Shown one piece after another: positions 1 to 13,761 of a stretch of DNA of 64,000 bases. The notes beneath the pieces were generated by a model. The model was given only the letters and a program-made list of their open reading frames with translations, ran no database searches and was not told the origin of the DNA. How positions within the stretch are numbered: position 1 is the first letter of the stretch; each line of letters begins with the position of its first letter. The translations under genes and the position numbers were made by a program. The stretch lies in NCBI RefSeq assembly GCF_009914755.1, contig NC_060927.1; one strand, 5' to 3'. Source of the DNA: the human T2T-CHM13v2.0 reference genome, Homo sapiens.

Positions 1-83
1 CAAACAAAACATTCTTCATCATGCTGAAGATTCCAGAGGAGTGTGTTGCTGAAGAGGAATTGCCTCACCTGCTCACCGAAAGG
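1..83 (+). CDS. C3orf52: C3orf52/TTMP coding exon, cut by the window start: NKTFFIMLKIPEECVAEEELPHLLTER
   Basis: Frame from nt 3 gives 27 codons matching TTMP as I recall it. GT donor at 84 (AGG|GTAATT), phase 0. Splices in frame to 6658. Confidence 0.95.
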
Positions 84-237
84 GTAATTCCATCTTATAT
101 ATTGCCTAAGGAGTTCTTGACATTAGAATATGAATTTTGCTAGAATAATTGGCATAGAGCTATAGAGTAAGTAGCTTCAATTTTGGATTCTTTGTCTGGA
201 TTTTAGCAGAAAATGATGCTTATAAATATATTTTATG

Positions 238-508
238 ACCAAATACCACATGTTCTCACTTACAAGTGGGAGCTAAATGATGAGAACACATGGACACGAA
301 GAGAGGAACAGACACTGGGGCCTACTTAAGGGCGGAGGGTGGGAAGAGGGAGAGGAGCAGGAAAAAAAGTAACTATTGGGTACTAGGCTTAGTACCTGGG
401 TGACAAAATAATCTGTACAACAAACCGCCATGACACGAGTTTACCTATAGAAGAAACATGCACATGTATTCTCCTGAGCCTAAAATAAAACTTTGTTAAA
501 AAAATAAG
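238..508 (+). mobile_element. L1 3'-end fragment (old L1PA/L1PB type)
   Basis: catgttctcacttacaagtgggagctaaatgatgagaacacatggacac ... A-rich tail. Confidence 0.85.
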
Positions 509-609
509 TAAATATCTTTACTGTAGTGCAAAGCCAGAGGGAAGATTCCTGGCCTCCAGCTGCATAAATGCTGGAGGACACTGTTCTTTTTACTCCCTTA
601 GGTCCTACA

Positions 610-1340
610 TTTAATTCAACCTATAGTATTCATTGAGGGTCTGTGATGTGCTAGACAGCATGCCAAGTGCCAGGGCCACATTGTCTGTGCCTTCAGGGGT
701 CTCACAGTCCAAGTACAGGAAGTGACTAAAAAGATCGTTTTATAATAGTGTGGTATGTTCTAGTGTGTTGTACAGTGGCAAAGGAGGGGCATCTGAGCTA
801 CCTCAGGTGAAGATGAAGGCATGAAAGGCCTGTTAAGTGAAGTGATGCTCAGGATGAGTTTTGAAATGAGGTAGGAATGTTCTAAATAAAAAAGCATGGG
901 ACATTAAAGGATCTGCAAAGTAGTGTACTGTGGCCTTCCCATGCTTTGTGGTGACAGCTGGCAGAGATAAGGCTAAAAAGGAAGGCAGGCGTCAGGTCAT
1001 GAAGGCTTTCCCACTCTTCAATAAGGCACCAAAATATTTTAATCAGCAGATTGACACAGTTAGATTTTTCCTTTTAGCCTTTCTGTGTTTTGGTGGAGAA
1101 AGCCAGGAGGAAGAGATCAGTTAGAAGGTGTTACAATAGTCCAGGTGAGAAATGAGGGAGACTTGAACTAGGGCAGTGTCGGGAAAATAAGGAAGATTTG
1201 CGTGAGATTTAAGAGGTATTCTCACTCAATAAGAGTCCATGACTGATTGGGTGGTGGTGAGGAGAGCATGACTCCAAGCTCCAGTTGAGTGATTGGGCAG
1301 ATGGATGGCGGTGTCAGTCATGGGATGAGAAACCCAGGAG
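610..1340 (-). mobile_element. Degenerate L2 fragments
   Basis: L2-type motifs (gtgatgtgctag, ccaggtgagaaatgagggagacttgaactagggcagtg). Confidence 0.55.
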
Positions 1341-1744
1341 AATGAACCCTCTGTGGAAGGTGGAAGCTCTGCAGCCAGACTAGGACCGTTGGGTGGGGCA
1401 TCCTGATCATCCTGTCAAAGACAAGGTGGTTCACAGCCAGACCCAGAAATTTTGATAAGAAAATCTAGGCAAGAGCAGGCTGCCCTCCATTAAATTCTTC
1501 TCTGCCATTGCTAGGTTGAATGGAGTGAGTGCTGTTTATCTAACTTCCATTCGATTTGATTCCTACAAAAGCTCCTGAAGAGGCGATTCCATCCAGGTCA
1601 CATCAGAATCAGTTTCTGGGTACCCACGCATGAGATTTCATTGCTTCTTTTATCACAGGAGTTGGTATCCTGTGATGATTACTCCAGATTTCTCTTTCTC
1701 CTTCTCTTCATTTATATCTTTAAATTTTTTTTAGATTGTTTAAA

Positions 1745-1935
1745 TTTATTTATTTATTTTTATTTTTTATTTCCGTAGGTTTTGGGGGACCAGGTGGTAT
1801 TTGGTTACATGAATAAGTTCTTTGGTGGTGATTTCTGAGATTTTGGTGCACCCATTACCCGAGCAGTGTACACTGTGCCCAATTTGTAGTCTTTTATCCC
1901 TCACCCCCACCACCTTTTCCATCAAGTCCTTGAAG
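1745..1935 (-). mobile_element. L1PB-type 3'-end fragment
   Basis: T-rich tail, then caggtggtatttggttacatgaataagttctttggtggtgatttctgag. Confidence 0.8.
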
Positions 1936-2657
1936 TCTCTTCATTTATGTCTTATCTTCACCTCCTTTTCTCCTTTCCTTCCACCTGCTTCCTGGGGCAA
2001 GTTGCTGAGTGAGACGCTTCTTGCTACTTTCCTCTTGGCTGCTTTTTTAATGGAGAGGTTTTTGCATTTGCTGAGCAGAAATAAGATGAGTCAGCATCCA
2101 CATGTGTCACCTGTTGCATAGTAGACTGTCTATTTCAAAGGTAAATGAATGTTCATTTTTCATTTTACAACCATATATCTTGCACAGAGTCAGATATGAG
2201 GAAATTCTGCGGGTATTTTGAGCTCATCACTAGGTAGTGGCAAAAGAACAGGGACTGACATTGATGCCTGTGGTGGGTCCACAGATTTCTTTGAGCCAGT
2301 TTCTTCGCTGATAAATGGAAACCAGTGCACTTTCTCTGTGTACCTCAGGTGCAAATGAGATTACATAAAAATAACTTGAAAAACATTTTAAAAGAATTAT
2401 CTTATTTACAAATGATCAAAGTAAGGCATAGTGAGGTGACAGATTCCTGCCCTTCATTCGTCAACCAAATATGCTCAGGAACAAAAATTAGCACCTAAAG
2501 GTATTGCTGTCTTATTGTCAGGTCAATAACTCCTTTCTTCCATTAGGTCAAGTTTCAGAAGTTTCTGGATATAAAAGGTAAATGGAAGTGGGTATTTGTG
2601 GGGGAAAAATTATTTTTTTCTCTATACCCACATTCAATGCAGAACACTTCTTTGGCC

Positions 2658-2685
<28 letters not shown>
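2658..2685. repeat. (GT)14 microsatellite
   Basis: Read directly. Confidence 0.97.
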
Positions 2686-2689
<4 letters not shown>

Positions 2690-2812
2690 CACACCAACCA
2701 ATTATCTGCCACCAGCTGGGTGTCTTGCAATCCAGTTCAATTCTGACATGATCTGCCTGGAGTTAGTGCAGACCCCATAGTTTAAGGGTTCAGCCCCACA
2801 AAACTTCCCTCA

Positions 2813-2986
<174 letters not shown>

Positions 2987-3369
2987 TCACTTGTGCTTCT
3001 GACCAACCAGCTGCAAATTGGAGGTCTCCAAAACCCCCACCTTGGGTTTGGTCATTTGCTAGAATGGCTCACAGAGCTCAGGGAAGCATCACATTTATGG
3101 GCACACTGTAGAAAATAGAGGATATCAAAAGCCAGATAAAAAGGTACATAGGGCGGACACGTGGGACAGAATGTGGGCATCCATGTCCTTTCAGGTGTGC
3201 CACTCTCCCTTGTAAATGTGTTCAGCCACCTGGGAGCTCTCCAGACTCTGTCTTTTAGGGATTTTTATGGAGATTTCCTCACATAGGCATGGTGGATTAT
3301 TAGCTTGCTTTCCAGCCTCTCTCCCCTCTGGAGGATGGGGGTGGAGGTGGGGCCAAAAGCTTCAGATTT

Positions 3370-3515
3370 CTTCTTCTTCTTTTTTTTTCTCCAGACAGTT
3401 TTCACTATATTGCCTAGGCTGATATCAAGCTCCTGGCCTCAAGCGATTCTCCCTGCTCAGTCTCCCGAGTAGCTGGGACTACACGCATGCACCATCCCAC
3501 TCCACCACACTGGCT
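3370..3515 (-). mobile_element. FLAM/AluJ monomer
   Basis: T tail, then ctcctggcctcaagcgattctcc...gtagctgggactaca. Confidence 0.8.
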
Positions 3516-5204
3516 GAAAGTTCCAAGCTTCTAGCTGCGGCTTGGTCTTTCTGATGATCAGCCCCCATCCAGCAGCCCGCCAAGAGTTGCCTCATCAGAA
3601 ATAAAGACACTCCTATAACCCAGGAAACTGCAAGAGATTTAGGAGCAGGTCTGTGTCAGGAGCTGGAGTAAAGACCAAATGTTAGAGTAAAAGATGTACC
3701 CGGCGCCCCTGTCACTCAGGAAGTAACAAGGGTTTTAGGAATTCTGTGCCAGGAACTGGGGCAGAGACTAAACAGTATACATATTGTTATTATATCACAG
3801 TATTGGAACTTTATGCCCTTTCCCTTGACTTTTCTAAACACAGGCCCTGCCATGTGTCACTGCCACAGTGTTTTCCTCTCAGGGTTGGGGCCATTACTCT
3901 GCTTAAGCCAGCCTGTGTGACTACCACACCCTGTGCATGGGTTAGGAGTTAATGATGGCACCTGCCTTATTCTGGAAGCTGGTCTCTAATTAGCCACTGC
4001 ATCAGACTCAGCTAATCAATTCGCTGAGCTCCTTGCTCAGTTTGCACCAAGCCTCATAGACATTGTGTGGGAGACACAAGACTAAGGGTTGAGGAACCAC
4101 CCTATTTCACTTCTTTGGGCCCAAAGTGGACAGTGTGACTAACAGCTCCCCAAATGTAAATATGTCCTAAGTACAGCAGAGGAGCATGATCAAAAAGAAT
4201 CTTCGAGTGAACACTAAAAATGATTTAGTCGACCACTCCATATGTTACCTTAAAATTTTAACTTAAAAATTTGCTGAAAGCCTGTTATGTGCAAAACACT
4301 GTGCTGGGCCCTAAAGATTAATAAAGGAAAGAAGGGAAGGAGGAAGCAGAGAAGACTGGAAGGAAGGATAAATATCACCTTTGCCATAGGAAGCTCAATC
4401 CAAAAGGAAGAGAAAGACATGAGTGCTTGACATTAGTGCTTGAAAAGATTCTCCTCTGCAGCATCCTCATCCTCCTCTCCATCACAGCATCCCCGTGAAA
4501 GCTGCTTTCCTAGTTCCCGAGTTTTCTAAATGACTGTCAGCCTATCGGCAACATCCTGTGCATTGGGGCTTAAGAGCTGTACAATGACTCAGTCATTTTC
4601 TCCGAAAGTTTTTGTCACTTTAAGCTTCTTTCCTCCTTGATATTCAGGAGACACTTTCCTTCACTGTATATATATCAATTTCTTCTTCACTGGGTAGTGT
4701 GGTCAGATGGGAAGAAGCTGGTTTTTAGTGTTCATAACATGTAGGATTGAATTTTGGCTTCTCCTTTTACTAGCACAGTGACCTGGGACAGGTTTTCTTC
4801 ATCTCATGGAATGGAGTGCTGTTTAATTTTCCAGTAAAAAGGGGAGATATATTAATGCCTGTTTTGCCAGGTTTTTATAAAGATCACAACAGTAGTGACA
4901 AGATTAGAAGAGCAGAAATAGCAGGCACTCTCATCTTTTGTTCTCTTTGAGATATGGGTTGTACATGTTGAGTTAAATGGGAGTGTATTGTGGAAGTGCA
5001 GCGTCCTTGACATTCCATTTGGAGTTGAGGGGAAACAGGGTAAGCTCCCCATAGGGCACTGCTGTTTTTTGTATGTTCGACTGCTTGTTATTGAATAAAG
5101 TAATAGGTCATTAAGCCATAATGGCTGTAGCTGGGGATGGCACATGTTCCTAGTACTACTAGTTTAGGATTCAGATATCTGAAACACAACTACTCAATGC
5201 CTGG

Positions 5205-6145
5205 GAAAAGATACTTGTAACATAATATCAACAACTAGTATCCAGAATATAAAACTAACCACTTCAGATAGATAAGAAAAAGACAGATAAGCCAAGAGAA
5301 GGAAAGGAAATGAGTGAGAAATTCAGAGATGAAAAGTCCCAAAGAGTTAATAAACATGAAAAGATGTTCAACCTCACTAGTAAGCGAGGCAGTACAAATT
5401 AAAACAATGTGAAGCACTATTTTATACTCCTCGGAGTGGTAAAAATTTAAGTTTGGTAACACTAAGTGCTGGTAAGGATGTGGGAAATGGATATGTATAC
5501 ATTGCTGGGAGGGGTGGGAAAGGGAGAACAATTTTGTGAAGTTGGAGATGCACCTACCCTTAAACCCAACAATTCCTTTTCTTGGCATATGCCCATTGGA
5601 AACTCCCGCATGTCCAAGAAGAGATGCATGGAGACATTAAGGATGATTGCTTCAGCATAAGTTGTGATGGGGAAAATTGAGAATAGTGCATGTGATCATC
5701 ATCAGAGGAATGGATAGGCTGGTATACTCATTTAAAGGAATCTGTGCAGGAGTTAGGTGAATGCCTTTCATTGAGATTTACTTTATGGGTAAATCTTAAA
5801 TGTAATTTTGAGTGAAAAAAGGCAAGTTTTAGAAGATTATGTAGAATATGGTGCCTTTTATTTGAATAAAAACACAAATTATATTTTGTTATGATTACAT
5901 AAATAAGTAGTAATTTGTAAAAATATGCAAGGAAAGGATGCATGCCAGCTTCAGAATGATGGTTAGTATTAAGAAAGAGAGAGAGGAGGAACTGAATAGT
6001 ATGTAGGAGTCACTTTAGCTTTATTTTGTTTCTTAAATTAAAGGGCCGAACCCAATATAGCAAATATGAAGACATGAAAGCTAGGTAGTGGAAACACAGG
6101 TGTCATTATTTTTTATGATGCTTGCAATATTTCATGCATAAAATA
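5205..6145 (+). mobile_element. Ancient L1M (L1ME-like) 3' region
   Basis: Degenerate ORF2-end and 3'UTR motifs (aaacatgaaaagatgttcaacctcactagtaa; aagtgctggtaaggatgtgg). Confidence 0.7.
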
Positions 6146-6657
6146 AAGCCTCCATATTTTTGCAGTTCCCCTCTTTGTCTCTTTGTCCAGGGGATGTGCT
6201 AGACCCATGGCTTAGCATGGCTGTTTGTCTTTACACTGAAGCTCTGGAGAAGGGAGAAAGAAGCCCTGGGCTAAGCAATGTCCCAGGTGCTAAGTGGTCT
6301 GTGCTGCTGCTGTCCAGCAGCCATTTTGGGGTCTTCTCTTCTCTCCTTCCTATGGTCTGTGAGGCCTGTGTGGGCTCCAGCTGCTGATATTCTCACCACT
6401 AAGGCCACAGGGTGCCAGTGCAACTTCTGAGAGAAACTGAGTCATTTGGTCCTTATAAATGGAGTTCTTTTGAAGTAGCATTAACTTGAGTTTTGATTTA
6501 TGGTGGGCTCAATTCTTGATCCAGAGCTTCCAGATAACGTTGATTCCAGGCTGGAGTGGAATCTCCTCTGCCTTAGAAGCAGTTTTGCTTTGTCAGGTGA
6601 TGTGTAATATGATCTGTCGGTAATGTGTGTGGTTTAATTTGCTTCTGTTTGTTTTAG

Positions 6658-6728
6658 CTCACAGATGTGTACAGTACATCGCCCTCTCTGAGTCGTTATT
6701 TTACTTCAGTTGAAATAGTGGACTTCAG
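6658..6728 (+). CDS. C3orf52: C3orf52 coding exon (71 nt): LTDVYSTSPSLSRYFTSVEIVDF(S)
   Basis: Acceptor ttctgtttgttttag|CTC and donor TCAG|GTAAGA. Frame is continuous with both neighbouring exons. Confidence 0.95.
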
Positions 6729-7032
6729 GTAAGAGTGTGGAACGTTACATTTTGCTCTCTTTCTCTGGAAAGAGATCCCCCCACCCCACCCTTCGTCATT
6801 TACCTAGCAGGGATTCCCAGAGCCTCAGAGCATGAAGGGAACCTGTAATAGAATCACAGAATGTCAGTGCTGGGAAGGTCTTTTACACCAACAGGCTCAA
6901 CTCCCTTATTTTACAAATGAGAAAAAGGAAGCCCAGATTAATGGTATAATTCAACCAGGGTCACACAGAAGAGGGGAAAAGCCAGTCCCAGGTAAACCAT
7001 TTCTGTTTAACAATGAATGCTCAAATAAGCTA

Positions 7033-7475
<443 letters not shown>

Positions 7476-8043
7476 AGACATAAAGAGGTATGCACAGGAA
7501 AAGTCTCCCTTCTGCCTCCTTTCTTCTCCACTGCCACCACCAATAACTAATGCCATTCCCTTCCATGGAGGTAATAGCTGTCAAGAGTTGAGTGTAATTA
7601 CTTCTGTTCATGTATCTACCATAGGCACCACAAATACTACACACACATAGGATATACACACCCATATGTATTTTTTATTTTTTAAATTTCCTCCTCATCT
7701 TTAATGTTCTTGAGATGTAGGCATCAGGGTGTATGTGTGTAGAGTCCATTTATTATCCTTTTACATCATTGGGACTATTGGAGATGACTTAAAATTTATA
7801 TCAAAGCTTCATTATCCATTATGCCTGAGATGTCTCTGGAATATGACCATCAAAAGTTGTATTATATTGAGATTCCCCCTTCAAACTATAAGTTCTCCAA
7901 ACCCTAATATTAGCAGACCTGGGAGGGGAGGCACATAAAGCAGGTGGTAGGTAGCACCATGGTGTGGGGCCAAACAGACCTGAAGTCTACAGATACATAT
8001 GGTGCAGGCTGCCTTTGATCTCCTTCTTTAAAGACCCCCAATG

Positions 8044-8380
<337 letters not shown>

Positions 8381-9915
8381 TCAAGAAGTCCAGGCAGAGG
8401 TCCTAAAGTATTGAATTGAGGAAGAAAAGCCATTGCTTCCCAAAGGGTGCTGCTGCACATGGGTGGGAGGCGGCTAAATCCCTGGCACATGCATTTGTGT
8501 CTACAGGGGCATTGTGACCTCAGCCCTGGACTGGCCCAGCTAGAACCTGGAAAAATGCCCTTTGGTTTATTAGCTGCTAGACTCACTCCAGTGGTGGGCA
8601 GCTGGGCGAAAGGCCCTGAAAGTTGCTCTTTTCTCAAAATTCAGCCTCATGTAAATTTACCCTGTGACCTGCCATGGGGGATTAGGATGGGCTGGCCAGG
8701 CCAGGCTAGGTGGCCTGATTTTCCCATTCAGCTTCTGACCTGGTCTTCTGAAAGTCAGACTCTGGCCCTCTTCATTAGCCAGCCCAAGTCCTTGCCCCTG
8801 GGAATGCAGGGTGGCTGGCTGTGTAGGTGTTGATCATCATTAGCGATAATTAGAGGGCAGAGCTCAGGGAACAAGTTATGACACCTGCAAACTAGGTTAG
8901 CTGGATTGCAGTTTGAAAGTGCATTTTTTGGCCCTCCTTTAGTGGCATCCTTGAAACTATGAGTTTCTTCAGAGTCCTGACTCTCCATTATTCATTTGAT
9001 CTGCAGGATCTGGCACATCTCCCAGCCGTAGTAGAGTTTATAAGCTCAATTGTCAGCCACCTTGTAAGATCGAAGAGTATCGGCCTATGTGACCTGTAGC
9101 CAGAAGAGGGAGCTCTTTGCCTATCCTTAGCAGGGGCAGTGGCCTGATTCACACTAATGGGACTGGTGCATCTGCAAAACTTCCCCAAGGTGATAGTCTC
9201 AGATGTGGCCTCCTGCTCATTATTTTATTGCTGGTTCTTAATCTGGCCCATCTTAAACCAAAGTAATAGGATAACTATGAATAAACTAAATGTTGAAGTA
9301 GCATTTAAAGAGTAGCATTAGACACTAATTAATGGAGGGTAGCCCTTGATTATTTTTATTTTGGAAATGGGAAAAAATGTTCTAGGAAGATGAAAATTCC
9401 CTTTCCTTAGGTCCCATTACTGAGAGTTACAGGGCTTGGTTATCTTGCCCTAGGGGCCTCTGGAAATGGGACAGAAAAGTTTCTCACTTTGGGGACAAAC
9501 CAGGGAAGCCTGATTTGTTGCTGATACACAGGGTGGTCTCTGTCAACGTTCAGAAGTTCTGGACCCAGCCAATGGTAGGAAACTTTGGCTGTGCCTTAAA
9601 CATTTTCATAGGTCAAATAAAGAATTGGTTAAACTAAATATCCCTGGCACACCTTTGTGGGGGCAATGCTGAGAACATGAAGAAGGAATGTGTGTGGAGA
9701 AAAGGGGAGGCTTCCCTGGCTTGCCTTAAGGGATGAAGGCTGGGGTTGGGACAGATGGTGGGTCAAGCCTGGGATCTTCTCAGCATCTTGACTGGAGATG
9801 GGCACCTCTACCTCTACCTCTGATGGCCTCTCCCAGTGGATTCCTAGAGGATAGGTACTAGGTGGAAGGAGGAGGTTAGGATCACCTCAACTTTTTGTGA
9901 TGAATCTATGGAAGA

Positions 9916-10013
9916 GGATTCTTATAGGACAGTATGTTCTTCCAGGACAGAACATTCTTTGCTATTTTGTACTGGAAGAACATGCAAAACTAAAAAAAAA
10001 AAAAGTTATTGCT
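9916..10013 (+). ncRNA. MIR567: MIR567 precursor hairpin; mature miR-567 at 9931-9953
   Basis: AGTATGTTCTTCCAGGACAGAAC matches miR-567 as recalled. It pairs with TTTTGTACTGGAAGAACATGC (9965-9985). Intronic and sense to C3orf52. Confidence 0.9.
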
Positions 10014-10078
10014 TAAATTCATTTCTTGAGTTGCAGTATGATGCTGTTTATGTTTTAATGTCTTCCATTGCCTTTCAG

Positions 10079-10260
10079 TGGTGAAAATGCCACAGTAACG
10101 TATGACCTGCAATTTGGGGTTCCATCAGATGATGAAAATTTTATGAAGTATATGATGAGTGAGGAGTTGGTGCTGGGCATTTTGCTACAGGATTTCCGTG
10201 ATCAGAATATACCTGGTTGTGAGAGTCTGGGGCTTGATCCAACATCCCTCTTGCTCTATG
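10079..10260 (+). CDS. C3orf52: C3orf52 coding exon (182 nt): GENATVTYDLQFGVPSDDENFMKYMMSEELVLGILLQDFRDQNIPGCESLGLDPTSLLLY
   Basis: Acceptor cctttcag|TG and donor TATG|GTAAGT. Matches ORF 10068..10268. Contains an NAT sequon. Confidence 0.95.
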
Positions 10261-11511
10261 GTAAGTAGAGCAAGTAAAGAAGTCAGAGTTGTGACAATAA
10301 ACAGGTGAACCAGATTGGGGTCAAATTGGCTTGGTTCGATTTGGCAACTGTGGTGACTTGGTACTGTGTCAGACTATTCATTTATTCGCTCATCCCCTCA
10401 GCAGATGGTGTTGCTGTGAGGTGATGTTCCCCTCTCTGTGGAGGCTACACAGTCCGTGCCCTCCATAATTAGACAGTGTAGTTGGGGAGCAATTATGGAA
10501 AAGATAATTCAACTATAAAGATGAACATTGCTACATGTTTCCTCATGCAGTTCACCCACATTCTAAGCCCTGTATCCTACTTTACAACATGATTAGCAAC
10601 CTTTATGGAGATACTGTGGTTTCACAAGAGAAGTAAGAATTGAAGAATTGGAAATAAATGATACAGCTAAATTGCTGAAAGAGTATCTCAATATGGGGAA
10701 CCTATTTCTTTTTCTGTTGAAGGCCACTGAGACCATTAAGAAATTAATAGAGGGGTATACAAAGACAAGTTTATTCCTTTCCTTAGAAAATTATGACAAA
10801 TTTACTTGTCAACTTTTAAAATTAAGAACAGAACAAGGAAATAGATATGTTCTTTAATAAATGTAACAAACACCCCATTTATCAGAATCTGAGAACTTTT
10901 GACACTCAGAACAAAACCTGACAGAAAGGAAGGTCAGAAGGCCAAATGGCTTCAAGCCCTCAAAATATCCTTCCATTGCTTTGTAGTGAAGCTCTGGCCT
11001 TTGCTGCTGATCTCACTTTCTGATACCTCGCTCGGAGGCTTGTTTGCTCTTATTTAGCCCCTAATGCCAACAATCTTGAATATTTTATGTTCTCATCCAC
11101 AGTCCATCAGAATCACTTTCTCCACATGAGTAGGTTCTCAGTAAATACTAGTTGAATGAATGAAAGGCAAATTAGAAGTAGTTGTGGTTGGCAGCAGGTG
11201 CATTAACGGTCTAGAATCAGAAGCATGGAACAGGGGGTTAAAAGCACAAGTGTTAGTGCATAGTACAAGACAAGGTGTTTATTATGATGATGACACTGTT
11301 TCTTGAGGATGAGAGGCAAGAGTAATGTTGGCCTAAGAAGGCAGAACGTTATGTAAAACAGTTCTTAAGAATGCCATTCAGAAGGCCAAATTTTAGCTCA
11401 CTGGAAGTCTCATAAATGGAGATCTTCCTCACAGAGCATCCTGAATAAAGTGTGTCTGTGGGTCAGGCAGACACTATATGTGTGTGGAGTGAAGAGATTG
11501 TGCCCCAGTTA

Positions 11512-11833
<322 letters not shown>

Positions 11834-12619
11834 CCCAGAAACCTTCAGCCTCCTCCCATGTGAAGAGGCCTGCGATGCCTGTGGGGGCTGCTGCTGTGGT
11901 GTGGTTGGTCTTGATTTTCTTAGGCCCCTTGCAAAAATTGTTACTGGCTCTTTCCAAATGGAGGCCAGGGAGATGGGCAGAGGTCTGAGGAAAGGTTTAA
12001 GAGGCTTCCAAGGCTGAGAGGTTCAAATAGTACAGGATAAAGGGCAGGCTGCTTGTGAGACCTGAGGAGGGCTCCCAGAAGACCCTGAGCTTGGCCAAAG
12101 AGACTCAGCTGTTTCCCCAGGGCTTGGTGCTCCAGCAGGTGCTGGGAAGGCAGCTGTGAGTGGAACAAAGTCTCTGCTCTTCTGGAAATTGCATTCTTTC
12201 TCTCAGACATTTCTTCTGACGGGACATGCTGAGAAAATGTGGGGTTTTCTGTGACCCCATGTCCCACTTTCCAGAGCATGAATGTGCAATATTTGAGCCA
12301 TTTTATGTTTTCAGAATGTGAGTGTCACTGCCCTCTCAAAGGGAAGGGTGCACAGAGAAGCAGTTGGGAAGTGAGGAAAGAAGAAGAGGGACTCATCGCA
12401 GGCATGCAGGCAGATGGGGGATGAGCTCAGAGGCAAACTCTAGAGAAAGGGAAAATGTGTCAGGGAGAGGCCCAGGGCCCTGGGAGGGACCAAGAGGGAT
12501 GGAATGAGTTCTTACGCCAGTTTCTACGTGCTCATGAGCTGTGGGCTTGGGGGATTACCATCCCCGCCCTGTGATTACCCAGGCAACTAGTTTCCCACAA
12601 TGGTAATGTTCTTAGTCTT

Positions 12620-12860
12620 CAAAGAGCAAAGATTCTTAAAATTGTTTGGTTTGTGTGCTCCTTAGAGAATTTGAAGACAGCTGTGTACCTTCTCCCCAGG
12701 AAAAAAAAATGTACCTACTTCTCCCCACAACACAAAATTGTACAGACAATTTCAGGGATTCCGAGTATTTCCCTGAGGCCAGCCTATGGTCCATTTGGGG
12801 TTTGTATATGTGCGCTTTAGAAGCAGAATCCAAAATTAGATTGTAATTTAGATTCCTGAG
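12620..12860. mobile_element. Degenerate hAT-Charlie (MER103-like) fragment; a similar inverted piece lies at ~17770-17930
   Basis: ccttctccccaggaaaaa...tgtac...cacaaaattg...acaatttcaggg motif. Confidence 0.5.
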
Positions 12861-13756
12861 GGGTTTTGTGTGTGTTTGCTTCTCATTCTCTAATTTGGAA
12901 ATACGGCGATTATTTTGACCTGACTGCATGCATATTTGGATGCCTTATAAAAATAAAAACTTAAAATATAATGATAAAGGAATTTTTTAAGTCCATCATC
13001 CCTCACCCTTCCCTATCTTTAGTCTTCTTCACCTCCTAGATGAGTGGGGCCCTGGGCTAGGAGGGGGAAGTCTGTTTTACAAAGGTCGAAGAATAGGTCA
13101 GCATCATGAGTTATTTTGGACACAGAGGAGGTACTTGGTACTGTTCTCACATGGGAAGGAGTCAGCTAGTAGACTGAGTAGGGAAAAAGGGCAAAACCAG
13201 GATTTTTGTGAGAGAGAAGAGGAAAAAGCCCCAGGTAGGGAGAATAGTGAATCTTGTCAGTCCTGTCAGTGGTGGCGAGGCTGGACTCCTGGTCTGTAGA
13301 CCCCGGCGGGCTCCCCCTGTGTTGTGTCTGCTTGGGGCTTTGCATCTGCACCTGCTGTGCCCTAGGGTTCACACCATTTCTCTCATCAGAATTTCTCACA
13401 GTATATTTTACACGTTTTAAAAACGGAAATTTTAGAGTTTATGGTTAGATTATGAAAAGGGACTGGATGTTAAAATGTCCTTAGCACCCAAAAACCACAT
13501 CATCAAAATTATTTCTCATGCATCCTACCCAAACAAATAAGCAAGAAACAATAAATGTCATTTGCCTTTTGAAATGTATTCAGAGCGGTGTGTGTGTGTT
13601 GGACTGAAGACTAAATTTCCTCTGTTAGGAATGTATAAACCTTGCAATTTTATCTAAGATTTTACACTAAAATTCAATGAAATGAAATGAAAACGTAAGC
13701 ATTTAATAGTGGTTTTAAAAATCAGTAACTTTTGTTCATCTGTGTTTTCTTTTTAG

Positions 13757-13761
13757 AATGA
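13757..13761 (+). CDS. C3orf52: C3orf52 terminal exon, coding part (completes Glu, then TGA)
   Basis: Acceptor tgttttctttttag|AA TGA gives ...SLLLYE*, the TTMP C-terminus as I recall it. Confidence 0.9.

Noticed and set aside
13327-13345. ORF 13166..13399 contains MQSPKQ, identical to GCSAM exon 2 (18/19-nt match to 27570-27588)
   Set aside because: The similarity does not extend cleanly and there are no matching splice sites. My rough estimate is about one such match by chance in a 64-kb self-comparison.
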